64,000 nt of DNA from Oligoflexia bacterium. Lineage in GTDB: Bacteria > Bdellovibrionota > UBA1018. The stretch covers positions 672,001 through 736,000 of the forward strand of contig CAVWVI010000004.1 of assembly GCA_963758495.1 (NCBI GenBank). Direction: 5' to 3'. The notes beneath the pieces are model-generated. The model was not told the origin of the DNA and did not search any database. It saw only the letters and a list, made by a program, of their open reading frames with translations. Below are positions 10,717 to 20,177 of this stretch, in pieces. A program made the translations under genes and the position numbers. Numbering within the stretch: position 1 is the first letter of the stretch; every line of letters begins with the position of its first letter.

Positions 10717-11104
10717 AGAGCTATTTAAATTAGCGAATCTTGCTCGAGAGAAGTCTTACTCGCCCTACAGTGGTCATAAAGTAGGTGCAGCCATTCTCAC
10801 TTCCAATGGAATCCTATTTACAGGATGCAATATTGAAAACTCCTCCTTTGGAGCCACTGTGTGTGCCGAGCGGGTTGCCATTCAAAAAGCTATCAGTGAA
10901 TTAGGTCACATCCAAATCACAGCCGTTTTAGTCATAACGGATGCAAGTCCACCTTGGCCACCCTGTGGAATATGCCGACAGGTCATGGGAGAATTTGGAA
11001 ATAAAATCACCGTTTATATGGCCAATACTCATGGAGCCTACCGAACTTTAGCTTTTCATGAACTTTTTCCACATGCATTTACACCTTCTCATCTAATTCC
11101 CTGA
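10679..11104 (+). CDS. cdd: Cytidine deaminase
   Basis: YSPYS, GCNIEN, CAERVA and PCGICRQ zinc motifs. Confidence 0.93.
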   Translation: MSSQIENASPEIKELFKLANLAREKSYSPYSGHKVGAAILTSNGILFTGCNIENSSFGATVCAERVAIQKAISELGHIQITAVLVITDASPPWPPCGICRQVMGEFGNKITVYMANTHGAYRTLAFHELFPHAFTPSHLIP

Positions 11105-11105
11105 G

Positions 11106-11125
11106 TCCCTTAACCTGAACTGAGG
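11106..11125. repeat. 20-bp dispersed repeat, copy 1 (possible IS terminal-repeat remnant)
   Basis: TCCCTTAACCTGAACTGAGG; 19/20 identical to 62203-62222. Confidence 0.6.
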
Positions 11126-11186
11126 CTAAGTATCTTTAAAAAAAATACCTAAGTATCTTTAAAAAAATACCTAAGTATCTTTAAAA
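11126..11186. repeat. Tandem repeat, ~22-23 bp unit, about 2.7 copies
   Basis: CTAAGTATCTTTA(8)TAC / CTAAGTATCTTTA(7)TAC / CTAAGTATCTTTAAAA. Confidence 0.9.
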
Positions 11187-11233
11187 GAGATAAATATTGC
11201 CAAAAATACCCCCTTAGTTTATAAACTGATGCC

Positions 11234-12736
11234 ATGTGTCATAATCAGACGCTTTTTATTAGTTTTTTTTTACTATTTAATCTACTCCAAGTAGCTTCTG
11301 CAAAAGTCTACGATTGGACCGTCATGAGTTCTCATGACCTTGAAGTGGTTGAAAACTCTCAAATAGAAGCCGAATTTCGATTAGCCCTGATTAACAATGC
11401 TAAAGAAAGCATTGATGTTGCAACATTTGACCAACGTTCCGATAAACTCGTTGGATTACCTATTTTAAAAGCCTTGAAAAATGCTGCTGACCGCGGCGTC
11501 GCAGTCCGCTTTATTCGAGGCAGTTATGTAACTACTGCATTTAATCAATATTATTCTGAACCGACTTTACATGACCCTGTTTATAAAACATTGATGAATC
11601 CTCCTGCTAAAAGTCCAATTCAGTATATTTTAGTAGGCGGATATCAGATGTTAATGAAAGGATGGTCCGTCTTTGCAGGTGCCCATGAGAAACTATTGCT
11701 CATTGATGGTCGCATCGCTTTAGTAACAGGAAGAGGGAATGCAAAAGCCTATTTAAATTGGCTGGATACCTGTTTTATATTTAAAGGCCCACTGGTGAAT
11801 CAAGCTCAAGATGGTTTTAACTTACTCTGGGATTCTGTCCGTCGAGAGAACAACATTCAGGAAAAACCCACTCTGTCTAAAAACGCCTCTCAAACCACAA
11901 CCCTTCAAAGCGAATCAGTGCACCTCCAAGAATCCCACTTTTCTCTGAATAAAAAAGAAAGAAACAGACTCCAGCACCTCAAATCTTGGGCCAATCAGCC
12001 GCCGCAAGACCCTACTCATTTGCCTGCATCCCAAAAACTTAAAGCAAGAGTCCTTCATCATGATTTCTTGAACCAAATGAAAAGATTGTGCAAAAAACTT
12101 CCATGGTTTTATAATTACTTTAGATGTTCGAAACAAATTCAGGATCCCATTCTGAACGAACTGATTCAGTTGGTCGAAAAATCTCAAAAAATACAGTTTT
12201 ATACCACAGGACCCAATCTACAAGATCAATTAAAACAAGCCATTACGGTTCGTCTCAAGGAAAATAATTCAAACCAGGGAAGAGACTTTAATTTAGAATT
12301 GATGACAAACAGCAAGGAAGCCTATCAACTCATTTTTCCTTATCCTTTCGCCTGGTATACTGGACTCCCTATATTAAACGAACTTCTCCAAGATGGAGCC
12401 ACGGTTTATACTTTTAATAAAGCTCCCCATACAAACTCCTTGGAGTTTACCCATCGAAAAGTGGCCATTGCTACAATGCCAGATGGAAATGATACCGTTC
12501 TCTTTGGTTCTCATAATTTCAATAGTGCCAGCACCTTCGGGAATGACGAAATGAGCTTCGAGATCCAAAGTCCAGAGTTCGCTGAAAAAATGCGAAAAAT
12601 ATTTAGAAAGAATGTAGCTACAAATGGCTTCAAATTGGATAAAGACGAGATCCAGGCCGAACAAGAGAACAATACCATCCCTGGATTTGGATGGACTTGG
12701 AAACTCCTCTTGGGTATAGCGGAAGCGAATACTTAA
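11234..12736 (+). CDS. Secreted phospholipase D superfamily protein
   Basis: N-terminal signal peptide; HEKLLLID...VTGRG and HRKVAI...FGSHNF HKD-type motifs. Confidence 0.8.
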   Translation: MCHNQTLFISFFLLFNLLQVASAKVYDWTVMSSHDLEVVENSQIEAEFRLALINNAKESIDVATFDQRSDKLVGLPILKALKNAADRGVAVRFIRGSYVTTAFNQYYSEPTLHDPVYKTLMNPPAKSPIQYILVGGYQMLMKGWSVFAGAHEKLLLIDGRIALVTGRGNAKAYLNWLDTCFIFKGPLVNQAQDGFNLLWDSVRRENNIQEKPTLSKNASQTTTLQSESVHLQESHFSLNKKERNRLQHLKSWANQPPQDPTHLPASQKLKARVLHHDFLNQMKRLCKKLPWFYNYFRCSKQIQDPILNELIQLVEKSQKIQFYTTGPNLQDQLKQAITVRLKENNSNQGRDFNLELMTNSKEAYQLIFPYPFAWYTGLPILNELLQDGATVYTFNKAPHTNSLEFTHRKVAIATMPDGNDTVLFGSHNFNSASTFGNDEMSFEIQSPEFAEKMRKIFRKNVATNGFKLDKDEIQAEQENNTIPGFGWTWKLLLGIAEANT

Positions 12737-12805
12737 CTCACTCAGCTTATTTAAAAACTTTCTTTGTTTCTCCGCTTGGTATAGTAGATTACTCTTATAA
12801 TATTT

Positions 12806-14086
12806 ATGAGAAAATCAATTATTAAAACGGAAATCGCTGCTGGTATCACGACTTTTTTTACAATGGTCTACATTATCATTGTTAACCCCACGGTCCTCTC
12901 GTCACCGGGTGTTGGAATGCCTTTTTCCGGAGTTCTCACCGCAACGATCGCATTAGCTTTTCTCATGACTTTACTTATGGGCGTTTATGCCAAACTTCCA
13001 TTTGCAGTTGCTCCCGGCATGGGAATTAATGCCTTATTTGCTTATACTATTATTTTAAGAAACCAGACTCCCTGGCCTATCGCTTTAGGAATCGTTTTCT
13101 GGTCTGGCATCCTTTTCTTAATTTGTTCACTCACCCCCGTTCGAATAAAAATAGCAGATGCCATTCCTGACAATCTTAAAGTGGCTGCAGCAACTGGAAT
13201 TGGAATTTTTCTTGCCTTTATAGGCCTTAAAAATGCGGGCTTGATTGTCCATGACCCTATTACGTTAGTTCGATTAGGAATGCTCAACCGTAAGTCGGTG
13301 TTTGTGATCCTAGGCCTTTCCTTAATGATCTTAATGGTACGCAAAAAAAACCCATTTGCTTTTCTAGCCGGAATCGGTCTGGTTACTCTCCTAGGATTCA
13401 TGGATGGCCAAGTCCATCTGCCTTCCGTACTCTTCAGTAGGCCTGACTTTCAATCTGTCTTTTTAAAGCTGGATCTTAAGAACTCTTTAAAAATCATATT
13501 TATCCCTTCAATGATTGCTATCCTATTCACTGATTTGTTTGACTCCATTTCAGCATTTATGGGCTGCGCCCAGGCATTAGGAATAAAAGATGAGAAGGGT
13601 CAGCCCAAAAACTTACGAGAAGGGCTGATTGTCGACTCATGGGCAACCCTTTGCGCAGGCCTTTTCGGAACATCCGCGGGAGTGACCTTTATTGAAAGCG
13701 CGGCAGGAATCGAAATAGGTGGACGCACAGGCCGCACTGCTATTGTCACTGCTCTCTGCTTTCTACCCTGCTTCTTTCTCGCTCCTTTGGTCGCCATGGT
13801 CCCCACTTATGCTACGGCTCCGGTTCTCATACTCGTAGGCGCTCTTATGTTTAAAAGCGTAAAAGACATCAAAGTGAATCACTTTGAAGAATTAATTCCT
13901 GCCTTTCTGACCGCCGCCATTATTCCTCTGACTTTCTCCATCACTCAAGGAATCCTTTGGGGACTTATCTCTCATGTGGCTTTGTATTTAGTGGTGGGAA
14001 GACGAAAAGAAATTCCACCCATGCTCTATGGGCTTGCAGGTATTGCCATCATGATGTTGGTAATTGAAAGTTATCGTTATACTTGA
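12806..14086 (+). CDS. NCS2/AzgA-family purine (adenine/guanine/hypoxanthine) permease
   Basis: EIAAGITTFFTMVYIIIVNP, APGMG and ESAAGIEIGGRTG motifs; many TM segments. Confidence 0.9.
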   Translation: MRKSIIKTEIAAGITTFFTMVYIIIVNPTVLSSPGVGMPFSGVLTATIALAFLMTLLMGVYAKLPFAVAPGMGINALFAYTIILRNQTPWPIALGIVFWSGILFLICSLTPVRIKIADAIPDNLKVAAATGIGIFLAFIGLKNAGLIVHDPITLVRLGMLNRKSVFVILGLSLMILMVRKKNPFAFLAGIGLVTLLGFMDGQVHLPSVLFSRPDFQSVFLKLDLKNSLKIIFIPSMIAILFTDLFDSISAFMGCAQALGIKDEKGQPKNLREGLIVDSWATLCAGLFGTSAGVTFIESAAGIEIGGRTGRTAIVTALCFLPCFFLAPLVAMVPTYATAPVLILVGALMFKSVKDIKVNHFEELIPAFLTAAIIPLTFSITQGILWGLISHVALYLVVGRRKEIPPMLYGLAGIAIMMLVIESYRYT

Positions 14087-14242
14087 TTATTACTGCAATA
14101 TTTGATTATTATTGTAACTTATAGTTTGCAGCGGGCAACTATTCCTATTCCATTCCCGCTTTTCCTGTAGGCTGTGAGCGGCTAAAAGAATTCCTGATTT
14201 ACTGTTGACAGATCCGCTCCTTTGAGGCAATTTGCACCGTCT

Positions 14243-14734
14243 ATGTACGCAGTGATTGAGACAGGTGGAAAACAGTATCGTGTGCAACCCGGTGATATTT
14301 TTCAGGTTGAAAAACTTGATGGAGATGTTGGAACTTCTTTAAAGTTTGATCAAGTTCTTTTCTTCAGCAAAGGTGACCCTGAAAATGCACAAATCGCAAT
14401 AGGAAAACCCTATTTAAGCGGTGCTAACGTACAGACCGAAGTCGTTGGACAAGGCCGTGGCGAAAAGATCCTCATCGTCAAGATGAAGCGTCGTAAACAA
14501 TATCGCCGCACCCAAGGCCATCGTCAAAACTACACTCAGCTCTTAGTAACATCAGTAGACAATGGATCTGGCGAAAAAGAGACTTTAACTGCTGATGATA
14601 AAAAAGCTAAACTCACTCAGTTTCAAACTCACTTGAAGCCAAAGGGCGAAGCTTTCACAGCTCCAATCCTAGGCTCACGTAAGAGACTTGCAGCTGCACG
14701 TAATGAAGCTGCACTCAAAGAAAAGAAAATTTAA
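14243..14734 (+). CDS. rplU: 50S ribosomal protein L21 with C-terminal extension
   Basis: MYAVIETGGKQYRV...RRTQGHRQNYT; start at ATG 14243. Confidence 0.95.
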   Translation: MYAVIETGGKQYRVQPGDIFQVEKLDGDVGTSLKFDQVLFFSKGDPENAQIAIGKPYLSGANVQTEVVGQGRGEKILIVKMKRRKQYRRTQGHRQNYTQLLVTSVDNGSGEKETLTADDKKAKLTQFQTHLKPKGEAFTAPILGSRKRLAAARNEAALKEKKI

Positions 14735-14757
14735 GTTTAAGTCGAGGACCTTAAGTC

Positions 14758-15027
14758 ATGGCACATAAAAAAGCAGGTGGAAGTTCTAGAAACGGTCGCG
14801 ATAGTAATCCTAAAATGCGCGGAGTGAAGCGCTACGGTGGCCAAGAAGTGAACGCAGGTGAAATCCTCGTCCGCCAAGTCGGCACTAAATTTCATCCAGG
14901 CCGTAATGTAGGCCTCGGCAGAGACTTCACTTTGTATGCTTTAATTCCAGGCGTTGTAACTTTTGAACGCTACGATCGAAAGCGCAAGCAAGTCTCCGTT
15001 TACCCAGCAGCGACTCCAGCAGCCTAG
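14758..15027 (+). CDS. rpmA: 50S ribosomal protein L27
   Basis: [16 protein letters not shown]...GRDFTLYA. Confidence 0.97.
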   Translation: MAHKKAGGSSRNGRDSNPKMRGVKRYGGQEVNAGEILVRQVGTKFHPGRNVGLGRDFTLYALIPGVVTFERYDRKRKQVSVYPAATPAA

Positions 15028-15247
15028 TTTATCCTATTGTACGCACATTCAGGCGATAGCTAACACGCAACAGCTTTAGTTTAGGGCTCAATTGTGTATT
15101 TTTTGATAGATAAGGTTATTTATCTTCAAAAGAATAAATTTATTCATCTTATTTGATGTATAAATTTATAATTCTGTAGTATATAAAGCACCGGTAAATT
15201 ATATAACCAATAACCTCAAGCCTGTTGCCTGAAGTAGAGCTATTCTT

Positions 15248-16429
15248 ATGCGTTTCATAGATGAAGCAAAAATTCGTATTATGGGCGGCCACGGCGGCCC
15301 TGGCTGCGTCAGCTTTCGACGAGAGACCTTTATCCCTCGAGGTGGTCCCGATGGGGGCGATGGGGGTGCAGGTGGCCATGTTATTTTTAAGGCGTCCATT
15401 CAACTTGGAACCCTCCAAGATTTTCGATTTAAACGAATCTATCAAGCCCCAAACGGTATGCATGGCTCAGGAGCCAACAAAGCCGGTAGAGATGGCGAAG
15501 ATATTGTGATTCAAATTCCGGTAGGAACTGTCATCAAAGACACTGAAACGGGAGAAATCCTCATTGATTTCACTCAAGATGGGCAGACCTGGACTGCTTG
15601 TAAAGGGGGCCGTGGAGGCAAGGGCAATGCTCATTTTGTCAGCTCTACTTACCAAGCGCCAAAATTTGCCCAACCCGGAGAAGAAGGAACTGCTCGCGAA
15701 ATCACTCTCGAGCTCAAGCTCCTGGCCGATGTAGGTATTATTGGATTTCCAAACGCAGGCAAGTCTACCTTGATATCAAGAATCAGTGCAGCTCGACCTA
15801 AGATTGCTGATTACCCTTTCACCACACTCACTCCCAATCTCGGTGTTGTATCCTTAGCTAACCATCAAAGTTTTGTGGTGGCAGACTTTCCAGGATTAGT
15901 TGAAGGCGCCCATCAAGGAAGAGGATTGGGTCATAAATTTCTTAAACACATTGAAAGAGCCGGACTTTTTGTTCACCTCTTGGATGGAACTCAACTTTTA
16001 GAAGAAGCAACCCGTCCTATTCATCAAGAAGCTGAATCCAACACAGACACAGATAACAGTAAAAAGAAGTACAAATTTGAACATGCGTTAGAGAAGCTGA
16101 TCTACCAATATCAAGCGATTCGCAATGAACTGGGTTTATTTAATGAAAAATTACTTCATAAGCCTGAAATCGTTGTTTTAAATAAATTGGATATTTTAGA
16201 ATCCGATCCTGAACTCGTAGCAGAAGCACGCAACGCTCTTCGAAACCGTATCACCTCAATTCGTGGAACCCACCCACTCCCTCATGAGCCTTTCGTGATC
16301 TCAGCAGTGAGTGGAGCCGGTGTTGAAGATTTACTTTTCTGTATTTATCGAGAGTTACAATCTGCAAAAACAACTGCTCGGCCCAAACGAGCAGAACTCC
16401 TTCCTGATGACGAGGGAATTCGTAAGTGA
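15248..16429 (+). CDS. obgE: GTPase Obg/CgtA
   Basis: Gly-rich Obg fold; GFPNAGKST, YPFTT, DFPG and NKLD motifs. Confidence 0.96.
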   Translation: MRFIDEAKIRIMGGHGGPGCVSFRRETFIPRGGPDGGDGGAGGHVIFKASIQLGTLQDFRFKRIYQAPNGMHGSGANKAGRDGEDIVIQIPVGTVIKDTETGEILIDFTQDGQTWTACKGGRGGKGNAHFVSSTYQAPKFAQPGEEGTAREITLELKLLADVGIIGFPNAGKSTLISRISAARPKIADYPFTTLTPNLGVVSLANHQSFVVADFPGLVEGAHQGRGLGHKFLKHIERAGLFVHLLDGTQLLEEATRPIHQEAESNTDTDNSKKKYKFEHALEKLIYQYQAIRNELGLFNEKLLHKPEIVVLNKLDILESDPELVAEARNALRNRITSIRGTHPLPHEPFVISAVSGAGVEDLLFCIYRELQSAKTTARPKRAELLPDDEGIRK

Positions 16430-17145
16430 CCTCATCGACTCTCAAGCCTCCTCAGTGGAATGAGGTTACTGCGGTTTTTGGAGGTCGATTTGACCCTCCT
16501 CACCTAGGTCATCGCGAAGCTGTAAAAGGGCTTTTTAAAGATCCAGGAATTAAACAAGTCTTGATTCTTCCATCGGCAACTCCTCCTCATAAATCAACGT
16601 GGGCGAGTGCAGAGGACCGGGCAGAGATGGCTCAACTCAACTTTAAGTCAACTGGACAGAGCCCCATGCCGAGCGAAATTACCATTGACCTACGTGAAAT
16701 CGATCGAGCGAAGCTCAGGCCCGATTTACCCAGTTATAGCTATGATTCAATCCTTACACTCCGGCAAGAAATTCCAAAGCTTGCATTTGTGATGGGTTCA
16801 GATCAACTCGTTTCATTTTCTAGTTGGTACCGCTTTCCAGAAATTTTAAAATTATGTCATTGGATCGTACTGGAAAGACGACCCGTTGATTCTGGATCTT
16901 GCCAATTCACTTTACACGAATGGATCGCCAGTGGACTGATTCAGGCTGCCCATTCTAATTTATGGCAAATCCAAAATAGTTCCACTTTTTTAACTTTAGC
17001 GCCCACTGAAGCCCCCCCTTTATCTTCAACGGGTATCCGAGAATCGATTGCGCGTACAGGTGCTCTCCCTACAGGGTCGGTCCTAGGCGAGGTTTCTCGG
17101 TATTTGAAGATTAAACAACTCTATGGTATGAGAAATATCGAATGA
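16426..17145 (+). CDS. nadD: Nicotinate-nucleotide adenylyltransferase
   Basis: FGGRFDPPHLGH, MGSD and LSST motifs; obg-nadD-rsfS-rlmH order. Confidence 0.85.
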   Translation: MTSSTLKPPQWNEVTAVFGGRFDPPHLGHREAVKGLFKDPGIKQVLILPSATPPHKSTWASAEDRAEMAQLNFKSTGQSPMPSEITIDLREIDRAKLRPDLPSYSYDSILTLRQEIPKLAFVMGSDQLVSFSSWYRFPEILKLCHWIVLERRPVDSGSCQFTLHEWIASGLIQAAHSNLWQIQNSSTFLTLAPTEAPPLSSTGIRESIARTGALPTGSVLGEVSRYLKIKQLYGMRNIE

Positions 17146-17567
17146 CAAATGAAAAAGTACGGTCCGAAACTGATTTAGCGGCAATTGAAGATCCTTCCTG
17201 CCGCAAAGCTCTCAATTGCGCACGAGCAGCAATCGATAAAAAAGCTGAAAACGTTAAGATTTTAAACTTATCCGGCATTTCCGGATTTACTGATTATTTT
17301 GTAATTTGTAGTGGAATGTCAGACCGCCAAGTACAAGCCATAGCGGATTCAGTGGGACACACCATGGAATCTGAAGGATACGAAACTTTGTCCTCTGAGG
17401 GCTACTCCGAAGGCCGCTGGGTTTTAATGGATTTCGGTGATGTGGTTGTTCATGTATTTCTGAATGCTCTCCGTGATTATTATGACCTTGAAAACCTGTG
17501 GTCAGATGCACCTACGGTAAAAGTTCCTTCTGAATACTACGGATCAGCCGCAAGTCGCCTCAATTAA
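17142..17567 (+). CDS. rsfS: Ribosome silencing factor
   Basis: DYFVICSG...RQVQAI, WVLMDFGDVVVHVF and YDLENLW motifs. Confidence 0.95.
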   Translation: MTNEKVRSETDLAAIEDPSCRKALNCARAAIDKKAENVKILNLSGISGFTDYFVICSGMSDRQVQAIADSVGHTMESEGYETLSSEGYSEGRWVLMDFGDVVVHVFLNALRDYYDLENLWSDAPTVKVPSEYYGSAASRLN

Positions 17568-17578
17568 GACCCCCTGTT

Positions 17579-18076
17579 GTGCGCATCTGCCTCTATGCTT
17601 TCGGCAAACTAAAAACTCCCGGCCTCAGAGATACTGCCGACTACTATAAACGCTTGATCCGGCCCTGGATTTCAATTGAAGAAACCGAGTTAAAACCCCT
17701 CACTGTTCCAGAAAAAGCTCCTCAAACACGAATCAAAATCCAGGAGAAGGAAGGCGAAATTCTACTGGATCGGATGAAAAATGAAATCACAGGGAGAGGA
17801 ATTTTCTACATCTTAGACGAAAAAGGAAAATCTCAATCGACCCAAGAATGGGCTCGATTTGCAAGAAGCTGGGAGTCTGAGGGTATACCCACCGTTTCGT
17901 TTTGTATGGGTAGCAGTCTTGGTTTTTCACAAGAAGTCAGAAATCGCGCTCAAGGCTTATTAAGCTTAGGACCCCAAACCTTACCTCATGAATTAGCCCG
18001 AGTCGTACTTTTAGAGCAGCTCTATCGAGCTTGGAGTGTCATTCGAGGACATCCTTACCATAATGAAGGAACTTGA
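17579..18076 (+). CDS. rlmH: 23S rRNA pseudouridine-1915 N3-methyltransferase
   Basis: LSLGPQTLPHELARVVLLEQLYRA...GHPYH. Confidence 0.93.
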   Translation: MRICLYAFGKLKTPGLRDTADYYKRLIRPWISIEETELKPLTVPEKAPQTRIKIQEKEGEILLDRMKNEITGRGIFYILDEKGKSQSTQEWARFARSWESEGIPTVSFCMGSSLGFSQEVRNRAQGLLSLGPQTLPHELARVVLLEQLYRAWSVIRGHPYHNEGT

Positions 18077-18168
18077 GAGGTTTCCATTCGTCCTTTTATT
18101 GGCTCTATGCGTCAACTTTGCTACAGTCCCCAACTAGAAGCATTCGGTAATTTAAAATGTAATTCCAG

Positions 18169-18504
18169 CTACATTTTATCCTTTTCTGATTTTTTTCTGA
18201 ATTTAACCGTTAACCCAAATGGCTCCCCAATCTTCATCAATGTCGCCAGGGTTGGATTTCTCACTCTTCGTTCTATATCGATAAGTACCCTGGGTGCGAT
18301 TCCAATCATTCGGGCATAATCCACTTGGGTTTTTCCAACAATTTCACGCATTTTTCGAATCGCTTCGGCTATATCTAACTGTCCACTATCCAAATCTTTG
18401 TAAAACTGTATCTTAGCCTCTATTGTGTCAGGAGGTTTGCGTCTCACCCTCTTTTGTGAACTTGAGCTTTTTAAATTTTTGCTTTTTTCAGTTATTACTT
18501 TCAT
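18169..18504 (-). CDS. XRE-family HTH protein, probable antitoxin
   Basis: IRKMR...TQVDYARMIGIAPRVLIDIER...NPTLATL; immediately downstream of hipA. Confidence 0.8.
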   Translation of the reverse strand: MKVITEKSKNLKSSSSQKRVRRKPPDTIEAKIQFYKDLDSGQLDIAEAIRKMREIVGKTQVDYARMIGIAPRVLIDIERRVRNPTLATLMKIGEPFGLTVKFRKKSEKDKM

Positions 18505-18513
18505 CTATTTTCT

Positions 18514-19806
18514 CTAAAAAACTTTTCCTAAAGCACTTGCAACGTCATTGATTCGATTTTGAAATCTATCAATCAATGCTTTACCCACACCACAATGAGC
18601 CATGATTTTAGGTAAATCCCCAACAGTTTTGGAAAATTTTGCAAGATGCTTTGCAATTTCATCAGCCTCGAATCCAAATTGACTCACTCTCTGTACAACC
18701 TTTTTCCAATCCGGGAATCCAGCAGTTTCCGCATTTGCCCATCGGCAAACTCTGGGAATTCCCTGATCGTCCAAAATCATAGGTGCAAAATCAAAAAGTG
18801 GAGACAATCTAATAGTGCCATCTAAATACTTCGAAACAGCAGTATTTCTAGCATGGTTATCAGTATTACCTAGTGCCACATTCAGTACATCCCGAGTGAG
18901 GAATTCTTTTACATCATCTAATGGGCTAGAAGAGTACTTTGCTAAAACCTCACATAAGAGCTCTTGCGATACTTTTTCCCCAAACTCAGAAACGCCTGCC
19001 AATGAGCAAAGGCTTTCCTGACCGTGTCGAATGACCTGCCCCTCTTTCACACTTCTATCGAAGCGCGATACAAAAAGTACATTTTTTTCAAAGTTTGGCA
19101 ATTCGTGAACCGTCACTCCAACTTCTTTAGCCACTCTTGCATACGCCGCTTCATTTTTTAAAATGATTCGATCAGACTCTTGCTTCCCTCGTGGAAACTT
19201 TACGAGCCAATGCTTTGCGGTCAATTCGTCACTCAAAGCTCCATCAGCATGCCATTTTCCTTTTTTGTCTTCCGTTAAAAGGAATTTGGGAGCATCACCT
19301 TGGGCGCCTGTCGAACCAGCAACGGGTGCGCCGTGTTCATGAGCATACTCGATAAACTGTTCCTTTTTTGTAATCACATCTGAATAATCAAAACCGTCGA
19401 GATTCGGGTGACTTCCAAATGAACCAAGAACTCGTCGCGCTGCCTCTTGGATCCGCAGATTACCTATAGGATTTGCGGCTGCAGCAATCAATAATGGCCA
19501 GTCAGCAGCAGCCCCATCCTTTAGGTTAAGTTTTCGCACCCAGTAACGGCGACTGGCACCCGAAGGTAACAAATCCAAAAGAAAGGCTGGCCATGCAACT
19601 CCATCATAAAGTTCAAAATTTACAGTGTATCTGCATGAAACTGCAGCTCGATCATTTCTTCCTAAATGCTCTCCGGCAAAGCTCGTATCGTATTCTAAAT
19701 AACCTGAGCCACGATAGCCTTTCTTGACTTCAGAACTTGAACGCACTTCAAACTCAGCAGCTTGAGTCCATTGATTGTTTATAAAAATTTCAATTCCACA
19801 CTTCAT
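18514..19806 (-). CDS. hipA: HipA-family kinase toxin
   Basis: STGAQGDAPKF P-loop, WLVKFP, RFDR, GNTDNHARN and LSPLFDF motifs. Confidence 0.88.
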   Translation of the reverse strand: MKCGIEIFINNQWTQAAEFEVRSSSEVKKGYRGSGYLEYDTSFAGEHLGRNDRAAVSCRYTVNFELYDGVAWPAFLLDLLPSGASRRYWVRKLNLKDGAAADWPLLIAAAANPIGNLRIQEAARRVLGSFGSHPNLDGFDYSDVITKKEQFIEYAHEHGAPVAGSTGAQGDAPKFLLTEDKKGKWHADGALSDELTAKHWLVKFPRGKQESDRIILKNEAAYARVAKEVGVTVHELPNFEKNVLFVSRFDRSVKEGQVIRHGQESLCSLAGVSEFGEKVSQELLCEVLAKYSSSPLDDVKEFLTRDVLNVALGNTDNHARNTAVSKYLDGTIRLSPLFDFAPMILDDQGIPRVCRWANAETAGFPDWKKVVQRVSQFGFEADEIAKHLAKFSKTVGDLPKIMAHCGVGKALIDRFQNRINDVASALGKVF

Positions 19807-19890
19807 GCTATTATAATGACAAATTAATTAACTAATTACCACTTTATCTGCCATTAAAGTAACAAGTTAATAAATGAAAAAGTGGAAGAA

Positions 19891-19977
19891 TTAAGCGAGC
19901 TACCTAAATAGTGAAGTTTAACATCTAAAGTCCATGACTTCCGCTGGCTTAATTCAGTTCTTGAGAATTACAAAAAA
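19891..19977. repeat. Dispersed intergenic repeat, copy 1 (31-bp core at 19915-19945)
   Basis: AGTTTAACATCTAAAGTCCATGACTTCCGCT; 30/31 identical to 62116-62146, with ungapped weaker similarity on both flanks. Confidence 0.85.
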
Positions 19978-20177
19978 AATTACAACTTGCTGATTTTAAA
20001 GGATATTTTTTAAATTAAAAACAAAAACCAGTTATTTCAATAAATTACAAACTTATGACGACCTACCGGATTTAAAAAATTATTCTTGTAACAGCTCCTG
20101 GGTAGACTATAGCCTGTTTCCTTGAGACATATAGATCTTTACGCAGAGCTTCATACAAAAGGATAAAGGAAAAAATT

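Noticed and set aside
11126..11186. CRISPR array
   Set aside because: Units are directly adjacent with no spacers, and no cas genes are present.
18114..18130. AACTTTGCTACAGTCCC as an IS terminal repeat at the hipA cassette edge
   Set aside because: Single copy with no partner repeat or transposase; resemblance is from memory only.
19915..19945. Integron attC site or the chromosomal dif site
   Set aside because: GTTTAAC fits RYYYAAC but there is no matching GTTRRRY end or long imperfect palindrome. The XerC arm does not fit dif, and there are two copies.
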